A stretch of DNA of 10,615 nt from assembly GCA_038534095.1 (NCBI GenBank), contig JBCAXK010000050.1:1-10615 (forward strand), given 5' to 3'. The stretch is from Chlamydiota bacterium (GTDB lineage: Bacteria; Chlamydiota; Chlamydiia; Chlamydiales; SM23-39). Within the stretch, counting starts at the first letter, position 1, and each line of letters opens with the position of its first letter. The notes under the pieces are model-generated. The model ran no database searches. It was not told the origin of the DNA and saw only the letters and a program-made list of their open reading frames with translations. Below are positions 1-6,956 of the stretch, one piece after another. A program made the translations under genes and the position numbers.

Positions 1-505
1 ATAAATCCTTTGTTTTAGTAGCGCTAGTTTTTTGTATGTATGACTCAATTCTTGACGAAATATAGGAGTAGGTTTTTTGGATTGTGGCTTGATTCTTTTG
101 TTCATAAGGTTTTAATTTTAGGATCAAATCGTACAATTTTTTAGTTACATAGAAATCTTCAATGGATAAATCACGGAATTTAGGATTGGTATAGCTCAGC
201 GCTTTATCAACATTTTTTATTGCGGAAAAAATTTTTTCTGTGTTGTTTATTCTCTCACCAATGATGTTATTGGATTCTTCATTCCTCATACTTTCGGCAA
301 GAGGGTTTATATTACAGAATCTTTTCCAAGTATTTGAAAAACCGGTTTCTAAAGGGATTGTTCTTACTCTTTCTAGTACTTTTAGAAATAGTTGTACATT
401 ATCGGCGTTCGGTACCAGTTTTTCTTGGATGAAATCGTCAAGCTCACTATGCGTGCAATGTCTGACCAATCCAAAAAACCTGTCTACATTTTGTATAGAG
501 TTCAT
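1..505 (-). CDS. Hypothetical protein, 3'-truncated by the window edge (>=168 aa, MNSIQNVDRFFGLVRHCTHSELDDFIQEKL...)
   Basis: Manual translation: ATG at 505-503, open without a stop to position 2. An SD-like AAGGT lies 7 nt upstream. It is missing from the ORF track because its stop is outside the window. No recognisable domain. Confidence 0.8.
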   Translation of the reverse strand, partial: MNSIQNVDRFFGLVRHCTHSELDDFIQEKLVPNADNVQLFLKVLERVRTIPLETGFSNTWKRFCNINPLAESMRNEESNNIIGERINNTEKIFSAIKNVDKALSYTNPKFRDLSIEDFYVTKKLYDLILKLKPYEQKNQATIQKTYSYISSRIESYIQKTSATKTKDL

Positions 506-766
506 TCATCGTACCTTTGTCGTAGTTGTGGTTTTGCCTTATCGGAAGGGACTGTGTAAGAATGTTTGTAATGAAATGTCGTAAAAGGATCGTTATTGTA
601 TACCATGCTTTTGTTTCATAAAAATAAAAAATGGTCTTGTTCAGTCATCGAAGGCTCATGATGCGTCTTAGAAAAATAAGAGACTGAAAACTTGCTGGGG
701 TAAGAAAGAAGTATTAAAAAAAACACCTTTTCTCATGGATTAGAAGAAGCGATTTACGACAGAAAT

Positions 767-793
767 ATGCAAAAAACTAGATGTTTTTTGCAT
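767..793. promoter_or_regulatory. Perfect 11-bp inverted repeat (ATGCAAAAAAC-tagat-GTTTTTTGCAT); weak terminator or operator
   Basis: Arms 767-777 and 783-793, about 30 nt past the stop of the 825-1010 gene. The stem is AT-rich, so function is uncertain. Confidence 0.4.
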
Positions 794-824
794 GTAAGCT
801 CGCCTTATTAGAGTGACCGTTTTC

Positions 825-1010
825 TTAATGATCAAACCGGGCGTTGCATTTCCAGCAAGATCGGGCTTGATAGTGATTTTTGGCTCCACAATATTTGCAG
901 TTTTTTGCGTTTCGATTTCTAACGACCGTGATTTCTGCGTGAATTGCGTTTGACGGGGCTCCTAAGAAAAATAGAGAAAAACAACATAGTAGTATTCTGG
1001 ATATGTTCAT
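825..1010 (-). CDS. Small exported zinc-ribbon-like peptide (61 aa): signal peptide plus CxxC-x10-CxxC
   Basis: ATG at 1010-1008 preceded by SD GAGGT, a better start than 1022. Hydrophobic N-terminus MNISRILLCCFSLFFLGAPSNAIHA, then CKYCGAKNHYQARSCWKC, which resembles zinc_ribbon_2/L40e-type motifs. Confidence 0.75.
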   Translation of the reverse strand: MNISRILLCCFSLFFLGAPSNAIHAEITVVRNRNAKNCKYCGAKNHYQARSCWKCNARFDH

Positions 1011-1120
1011 CGTACACCTCAACTCTCAAAGTAAGAAAATCGGTGTTTTTTTTCGATCAATATTTTTTGTGTCTTTCGGTAAGCAATCCTAGCATAAAAA
1101 ATGAATAGCGCAGGAAAACA

Positions 1121-1480
1121 TTAGAATACTTTTCCACCAATTTTCGCAGGAGCAATAGGGGAAATGATTGTGGCTTCTCCGCTATCAGCTTTTGGATATT
1201 GCACTCCCAGGACAAGAACTTCAGAAACGGTATTTCCAATTTGCCTTGGCTCAAAGTTCAAGATCGCTAAAACGGATTGATTGAGCATCTCGTCTGGCGT
1301 ATGTTGCGTAAATCTTCCAACGCTGGTTTTTACGCCAAACTTACCGAAATCAATTTCCAGTTTATACGCTTTTTTTGGAGCTTGGGGTTCTTCTTCTACC
1401 CGAATTACTTTTCCAATGCGAATGTCTAAAAGATCAAAGGTCTCTTCTTTGAAAGCGGTGTCTTTGATTCCTTTTTTCAT
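1121..1480 (-). CDS. csaA: CsaA/Trbp111-family OB-fold tRNA-binding protein / export chaperone
   Basis: Motifs FDLLDIRIGKV, AYKLEIDFG, NFEPRQIG, SEVLVLG and terminal GGKVF match the CsaA pattern. GGAG lies upstream. Confidence 0.88.
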   Translation of the reverse strand: MKKGIKDTAFKEETFDLLDIRIGKVIRVEEEPQAPKKAYKLEIDFGKFGVKTSVGRFTQHTPDEMLNQSVLAILNFEPRQIGNTVSEVLVLGVQYPKADSGEATIISPIAPAKIGGKVF

Positions 1481-1668
1481 GGCGTACTCTCTCCAAATTG
1501 GTTGTCAAATAGTGTGTATCAATGCAATTTCTGAACAATTGTTTTATTCACGCGCCTAAGTAAGTGTACCTAGGGGTGAAACCTAATATTACCGCTCATC
1601 AAGTAGTAAACGTAGTCTAACGCCTGAAATAGTACAAAATCATCCCTCTTGTTGTCTTTTGTATCAAA

Positions 1669-1698
1669 GGCATTTTTACCTACCAAGGCAAAAATGCC
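1669..1698. terminator. Possible bidirectional intrinsic terminator
   Basis: GGCATTTTT(1669-77)/AAAAATGCC(1690-98) plus an inner CCT/AGG pair. The single A/C mismatch is a G-U pair on the minus strand. It lies about 100 nt after the oxidase stop and is followed by ATTTTTT on + and TTTG on -. Confidence 0.45.
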
Positions 1699-1798
1699 AT
1701 TTTTTCAATCATTGTAGATCGAGACTTGAGCAATCTTTGAGATCAATTTTTGGTTGCTCTAGGGGCGATCAGCTTGATCTGTTGATAAGAGCTAGATA

Positions 1799-2944
1799 CT
1801 ATTCTCCGATAGGCGCCTTTGGAGAAAATTTACTACGAACGTTGTTTAACATTTTTTGTACAATTGCTGGGTCTACAGACTTTTCTCTAACTCCTTCCTC
1901 CAATGTTCCGGAGATGATCAACTCATCGCCTCGCGGATAGATTCCTACCCAAGTAGAAGTTTCATCAGAAACATTTTCGTAGGTCATATAGTCGATATTA
2001 TGGACGTTTTTAAAGAAGAGTATATGACCTCGTATTGGAAGAAACTCTTGATCGTTGAATAGTTTTTCTGCGCCAAAACTTGTGCAATTCACAACAATGG
2101 GTTCCTCTAAATCCAAGATATCTTCGATATTTTCAATATGACGTTCCACTATTGATGCGTTGAATAATTTGACTTTTGTAAAAAGATCCTTGATAAACTG
2201 TTTCCCATCAATGCTTAAAATTCTTTTGACGCTTCCTGTTTTTCGTAATCCATTATCAAATTGCACGACAATTTTCGGCTCTTGGTCCTTAAACTTTGGC
2301 TTGAAATACTTTAGTTGCTTGTAATCTGCATTTTTGAAAATGTAATCATCAATAAAGCCTACTCCCAAAAATTCTGGTTCCTCTGCAGTTGCGAGTTGTA
2401 AGTACCTTTTTCTCGATACTTCTAACATATACTTCAATGCTTGTTTTTTTTCTGAAGACTGGATGCTATTCAAGGATGGAGGACTCCATATGCCAATAGC
2501 AACATCTGAGGTAAGATTCGGAGAAAATTCCTTAGAGTAAATCGTGACATCATAGCCTAGTTTCAATAATTCATAAGCAGTTGATAAACCAATCACTCCA
2601 GCGCCAAGCACTGCGATCCTGTTTGCGTGCAATAAGGAAGGGTCTCTCATAAAAGCGCTAGATAGAAGATCTATTACTCTCTGCGCTCCTCCCCAACACA
2701 AAGTTACTCCTGATCCGCTATAGCCATAATTGTGAACAATCAGCTTATCACCGTAGTATTCTTCCTCTACGCGAGGACCCGATTTTCTATAAGGGCGAAT
2801 TCCCACCCTTGCTCCTAAAAAATTTTCATCACTCAAATCAGGAGTCTTAAGATGGATTTCTTTGGGGGAAGTAGTTTGTGGCTCACTCGCCTGCAAGCAT
2901 ATTGCAAACGAACAAATCATGGTAATTATTGCGCAGTAAAACAT
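1799..2944 (-). CDS. FAD-dependent oxidoreductase, D-amino-acid oxidase (DAO) family, circularly permuted, with predicted signal peptide
   Basis: Contains VGIRPYR (47-53), VHNYGYSGSGVTLCWG (70-85), Rossmann IAVLGAGVIG (110-119), TSDVA, IVVNCT, PIRGH and IYPRGDELIISGT. Hydrophobic N-terminus ending LQA. Confidence 0.9.
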   Translation of the reverse strand: MFYCAIITMICSFAICLQASEPQTTSPKEIHLKTPDLSDENFLGARVGIRPYRKSGPRVEEEYYGDKLIVHNYGYSGSGVTLCWGGAQRVIDLLSSAFMRDPSLLHANRIAVLGAGVIGLSTAYELLKLGYDVTIYSKEFSPNLTSDVAIGIWSPPSLNSIQSSEKKQALKYMLEVSRKRYLQLATAEEPEFLGVGFIDDYIFKNADYKQLKYFKPKFKDQEPKIVVQFDNGLRKTGSVKRILSIDGKQFIKDLFTKVKLFNASIVERHIENIEDILDLEEPIVVNCTSFGAEKLFNDQEFLPIRGHILFFKNVHNIDYMTYENVSDETSTWVGIYPRGDELIISGTLEEGVREKSVDPAIVQKMLNNVRSKFSPKAPIGE

Positions 2945-2950
2945 CTTCTT

Positions 2951-2959
2951 ACCTCCTTA
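2951..2959 (-). promoter_or_regulatory. Strong Shine-Dalgarno (TAAGGAGGT) of the oxidase gene
   Basis: Located 6 nt upstream of the ATG at 2944, which supports the start and therefore the signal peptide. Confidence 0.85.
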
Positions 2960-3199
2960 AAATCATAAATAATTAGGAAAAAGAGGCTATCAAGGGATAA
3001 AAATTTTTAGCAAGAAGTTTGCTGTATTTCCAGAAATTACGACTAAGATTATCGATGGAACCTTGCTAGCTTCTCGCAATATCCTTGAAGAGTTGACCCT
3101 GAAAATACCCCTCAAATCAGAGAAAAATTGCGCTCATTTTTAGTTGCGAATCGGAGCATTTTTGGAGCTTTGTGTCTTAAGTCGTTAATTATAAATGTT

Positions 3200-3282
3200 T
3201 GCTCGGAGAGGGACTCGAACCCTCACGGGATTGCTCCCAAGGGATTTTAAGTCCCTTGTGTCTACCATTCCACCATCCGAGC
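3200..3282 (-). tRNA. tRNA-Leu (anticodon TAA), CCA not encoded
   Basis: Minus strand GCTCGGA-TG-GTGGAATGGTAGACAC-A-AGGGA-CTTAAAA-TCCCT-long variable arm-GAGGGTTCGAGTCCCTC-TCCGAGC-A. Acceptor, D, anticodon and T arms all pair. Confidence 0.98.
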
Positions 3283-3297
3283 AAATAGATCATACTT

Positions 3298-3326
3298 ATC
3301 CTAAGGCATGTAAAGATAAGTTTCAA
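3298..3326 (-). promoter_or_regulatory. Putative sigma70/sigma66 promoter of tRNA-Leu
   Basis: TTGAAA (3326-3321), 17-nt spacer, TAGGAT (3303-3298), 15 nt before the mature tRNA. Confidence 0.55.
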
Positions 3327-3820
3327 GGAACGTGTCTTGGAAATCGCAGTTACAATGTTTGCTAAAGAATCGTGGTGTGCTGCCTTAGGATAGTACTCTG
3401 ATTCTTGTGTTTCTTGCAGGCACATCTTTTCCTAAATTTTTCAAAGAATCTATAGGGAGTTATTGAAGTTCTTTGGGCCTCCTTGATACAATTCTCGATT
3501 GAGCAGCGCTACAAAATCTAAAAAATGATATGTATAGGCAACTTACATCAAGTTGCTTGTCATTAAGAAAACAGCTGAACTAGACAACAGATCTTCTTTC
3601 CCTAGTTATCTCAATGATGAACAGGTCCGAAGGTTGTTTTGATCTTTGATCATGGGAAAGCGAGTTGGTGCGTAGATCTCCTTACTTTGATGATGATACG
3701 TAGATGGATCTGCAATGGACAGATCCTCTTCGCAAAAGTAAGGCAGAGCATCTACCAAGGCATGTACACAGATGGTTCACTTGTGGTATATTGGGTATGG
3801 AAAAAGACCCCTAAGTATCT

Positions 3821-4393
3821 ATGGAAAGCAAAGAGCAAGAAGTATTTGACGCAAAAAACATCAATACGCAAAGCTTTTCTTCTACGCAATTTTATGAATG
3901 CCGTTTTGAGAAAGTACCTTTTGTAGAAAAAGATTTTCGAAGCGCCCAGTTCATCGATTGCTCCTTCAAAGCATGCCAGTTTCACCAAGTGATGATGGAG
4001 GGGTGCCGTTTACAAGATACGATTTTTGAAGATTGCAAAATCGTGGGAGGGGAGTTTTTTCTTTGTCATCAACGTTTTTTTTCCCCACGCTTTCTACGTT
4101 CCATTCTCCTTGGATGCAATTTCTCCCAAGTAAAACTATCTGGAGGGAATTTTTTCCAGAGTAAAGTCAAAGACTGCTCGTTTACAGGCGCGCATCTTTT
4201 GGGAGCCAATTTTCAAGAAGCAGATTTAGAAGGGAGCATTTTTCATCATACAGAACTATCGGGAGCCGATTTTCGACAGGCAAAAAATTACGCAATCGAT
4301 CCTAGATTCAATACACTAAAGGAGGCGCAGTTTTCCGTTCCAGAGGTGCTGTCCCTTTTGGAAGTATTTTCTATTCAAATTTCTGCAAGTTAA
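3821..4393 (+). CDS. Pentapeptide-repeat protein (Qnr/MfpA/McbG-like fold)
   Basis: Continuous pentapeptides (AQFID CSFKA CQFHQ ... ANFQE ADLEG SIFHH TELSG ADFRQ) and a typical C-terminal NYAIDP..N.LKEAQFS..EVLSLL cap. Confidence 0.92.
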   Translation: MESKEQEVFDAKNINTQSFSSTQFYECRFEKVPFVEKDFRSAQFIDCSFKACQFHQVMMEGCRLQDTIFEDCKIVGGEFFLCHQRFFSPRFLRSILLGCNFSQVKLSGGNFFQSKVKDCSFTGAHLLGANFQEADLEGSIFHHTELSGADFRQAKNYAIDPRFNTLKEAQFSVPEVLSLLEVFSIQISAS

Positions 4394-4487
4394 ACAGAGA
4401 TGCCAATAGAGCCTTTTTGTTGCTGAAAGTGTTTTGTTGCTAACAAGCGCATTTTTAAAGAGCTTCTCTATATTGTATCTGGATAAT

Positions 4488-5036
4488 TTAGGCTGCCGGA
4501 TTTTTTTTCCGATAGATCACGTGGGGCTGTAGCGGACTATCTAAGGGAACTTTAGGGCTGTCGAAATCTTCTTTTGGATTCCGCGTCATACCCAACTTTT
4601 GCATCAATTTTTGAGAGCGTTTGTTTTTTATCGAAGTCAAAGAGACAAGCTCGGGGAGTTGTAATTCAAAGAACGCGTATTCCATCACTTTTGATGCAGC
4701 TTCAAATGCGTAGCCTTGTCCCCAGTAGTCATAAGCGAGGCGCCATCCTATTTCTATGCAGGGAGTAAAATCGGCAGGGAAGTCTTGATACATTAAGCCG
4801 ACAAAACCAATAAAGGGAACGATTCCTGGCACTTCTACTGCCCAAGGGCCATACCCCTTCTCTTTGAGCATGCGGTCCATTTGCTCGACAAGATCTGTTG
4901 TTTCTTGTGTAGACAGTGTTTTAGGGAAGTAGGCCATCACTCTAGGATCTGCGTTCATTTTTGCAAAAGGATCGAGGTCTGTTTTTTTCCAATGGCGAAG
5001 TAGAAGTCGTTCAGTGATCAGGGAAGGAGCGAACAT
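4488..5036 (-). CDS. GNAT N-acetyltransferase, RimJ/RimL (Acetyltransf_3) family
   Basis: Motifs LITERLLLRHW, MNADPRVMAYFP, FIGFVGL, IEIGWRLAYDYWGQGYAFEAA and NKRSQKLMQKLGM. Confidence 0.95.
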   Translation of the reverse strand: MFAPSLITERLLLRHWKKTDLDPFAKMNADPRVMAYFPKTLSTQETTDLVEQMDRMLKEKGYGPWAVEVPGIVPFIGFVGLMYQDFPADFTPCIEIGWRLAYDYWGQGYAFEAASKVMEYAFFELQLPELVSLTSIKNKRSQKLMQKLGMTRNPKEDFDSPKVPLDSPLQPHVIYRKKNPAA

Positions 5037-5044
5037 GAAAAATA

Positions 5045-5073
5045 GTTATAGAGAATGCTACTTGAAGATTCAA
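5045..5073 (-). promoter_or_regulatory. Putative promoter immediately before the GNAT start codon
   Basis: TTGAAT (5073-5068), 17-nt spacer, TATAAC (5050-5045), 8 nt before the ATG. The -10 lacks the final conserved T. Confidence 0.4.
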
Positions 5074-5644
5074 TTGTAGAGAATCATTTTCCTTTGTTGC
5101 AAGATGTTTCCGCTTTATTACAAAAGACCTTTTGCATCAACCGACTAGACCTGATGGGCATCGGAACACTTAGCCAGTGTTTTTAGCAATCATCTCCAAC
5201 GTTTTTGGTAACGAAATATTTGTGGCAACCGCCATTTCTAAAAAGATTGTTCTAGTAGCATGTTTTCCAAAAATCTTCTGGAAATTCCTTTGAGGGAAAA
5301 GCGCATTTTGGAAGCTAGATCGTTTCTTTATTCGTTTTGTATCGAGAAATATGGTAAAATCACGCTTGTCTTACGTGAAATCTTTCTATGAACACAAGGT
5401 ATTTTCCCCAGGTCTTGTTACCCTTATTTTCTTTCCATAAGCAGCCCTTTTTCAAAGAGCGTTTCCCAGAATCTACGGAGCCTATTTTTTATGGAAAGTG
5501 AAGGTTTCTTCGTATATGCGGGTGGCGAGCGCAATTCCTTGCGTAGATTTTTGTCTTTTCTAGAGGCCTTTCTTAATGAGTCTGGCTGTTTTTTCAAGAA
5601 AACCAGTCTTTCAAGACGCTCTTGAGTGGAGGAATCGTTTAGGC

Positions 5645-6946
5645 ATGTACCCTATGGAACAGACACAACATCGCAAACATCTTTCTCCTCTGTATATCGC
5701 TTTTATTGCCGCGCTAGGGTCTGGGTTTGAATACTACGATTTTGTAATTTACGGAATGATGGTGAATTACTTATCAGAGGTTTTTTTCCCCACATCTACA
5801 GAATTTTTGCGTGTGGCGCAGGCCTTTTCCATTTTTTCTATAGGCTACCTTGTAAGGCCGATTGGTGGGGCGTTTTTTGGAGTGATTTCCGACTGTTATG
5901 GGAGAAAACAATCCTTCATAACCATTATGGCGTTGATGGCTTTTTCTACGCTGTTCATCGGATGCCTTCCCACGTATCAGATGGCAGGTTCTTTCGCTCC
6001 CTTGATGCTTGTGGCTCTTCGCTTGCTACAAGGAATTTCATTTGGGGCAGAGCTTCCAAGCGCAGCCACGATCGTAGTAGAATCTTCCCATCAAAGAGTT
6101 TTAGGCAGAGCGTGCGGCCTTGTTTTATCAGGAACGTCCCTTGGAGCGCTGATGGCAACCTTTGTGCTGGCAGCGCTTTCTTCTTTTTTTACTGATCAAG
6201 AGATCATCGCTTACGCTTGGCGCCTTCCGTTTATTTTTGGTGGAGTTCTTGCTTGGGTTGCGCTTTACAGCCGAAAACATCTGTATGAAACCGAAGAATT
6301 TTTGCAACAGGCCTGCAAAACTCGAGAATTTTTACAACAGCCTAAGTGCTTCCTACGCATCCTCAAAGAACATTCCACCTCTCTACTTATTGCTTTAGGA
6401 CTCACTTTTCTGTTAGCAACCTTGATCATCATCCATGTCTATTCGCCTGTATTTCTTTCTAAATATTTTGGTTACTCGTCTCCCATGATCTACCGATCGA
6501 TGTCGATTGGGATGGCATTTTCCTTTCTCTTTATGATTCTATTTGGGCATGTAGCTGATCATGTTGATAAAAAACAGCTCTTGTTTTACGGGATGGTGGG
6601 TATTTTTTTCTCAGCTTCTTTCATGAATGGTCTCTTAAAAATGGGAGATCCTACTTTTTTGACGCTGTTTTTTATTACGTATCAGTTTTGGATCGCTGTA
6701 TTTTTTGTGAGCTATCTTCCGATTGTATCGAGGCTATTTCCAACAAAGGTGCGCTGCAGCGCGCTGGCGCTTACCTACAACGCAGCTTTTACGATTGCAA
6801 GCACGATCCCTACGATTGGAACCGTCTTTTTTTCTGATAGCGCCTCGCCAGCCTTTCTGCTCTATTTTTTAGGGATCGCTTTGGGAATAGGAGCTTTCTC
6901 TCTCTACACTTTGCAAAGACTTTACGCGGATCCTTATGCCTATTGA
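5645..6946 (+). CDS. MFS transporter, metabolite:H+ symporter (MHS, ProP-like) family
   Basis: Motifs FEYYDFVIY, RPIGGAFFGVISDCYGRK, LRLLQGISFGAELP and WRLPFIFGG, with about 12 hydrophobic segments. Start moved from 5576 to ATG 5645 (5654 also possible) because GGAGGA lies at 5628-5633. Substrate cannot be assigned. Confidence 0.93.
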   Translation: MYPMEQTQHRKHLSPLYIAFIAALGSGFEYYDFVIYGMMVNYLSEVFFPTSTEFLRVAQAFSIFSIGYLVRPIGGAFFGVISDCYGRKQSFITIMALMAFSTLFIGCLPTYQMAGSFAPLMLVALRLLQGISFGAELPSAATIVVESSHQRVLGRACGLVLSGTSLGALMATFVLAALSSFFTDQEIIAYAWRLPFIFGGVLAWVALYSRKHLYETEEFLQQACKTREFLQQPKCFLRILKEHSTSLLIALGLTFLLATLIIIHVYSPVFLSKYFGYSSPMIYRSMSIGMAFSFLFMILFGHVADHVDKKQLLFYGMVGIFFSASFMNGLLKMGDPTFLTLFFITYQFWIAVFFVSYLPIVSRLFPTKVRCSALALTYNAAFTIASTIPTIGTVFFSDSASPAFLLYFLGIALGIGAFSLYTLQRLYADPYAY

Positions 6947-6956
6947 GGGGTGAAGA

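Noticed and set aside
70..481. 15-bp perfect inverted repeat AGGTTTTTTGGATTG (70-84) / CAATCCAAAAAACCT (467-481)
   Set aside because: Both arms lie inside an intact ORF and are low-complexity. No target-site duplication or transposase, so not called a MITE.
240..584. 114-aa + strand ORF from the track
   Set aside because: Antisense shadow of the 1-505 minus-strand gene; no SD or recognisable motif.
1057..2062. ORFs 1057-1254, 1281-1559, 1659-1940 and 1856-2062
   Set aside because: They overlap csaA or the oxidase gene in other frames or strands and have no motifs.
1..3282. Genomic island integrated at the tRNA-Leu 3' end
   Set aside because: No integrase and no duplicate of the tRNA 3' end seen in the window; cannot be supported here.
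3189..3988. ORFs 3189-3425, 3639-3926 and 3752-3988
   Set aside because: The first runs through the tRNA gene; the others overlap the pentapeptide-repeat gene.
5576..5644. Track start of the MFS gene at 5576
   Set aside because: No SD at 5576, and the extension is not needed before TM1. GGAGGA at 5628-5633 favours 5645 or 5654.
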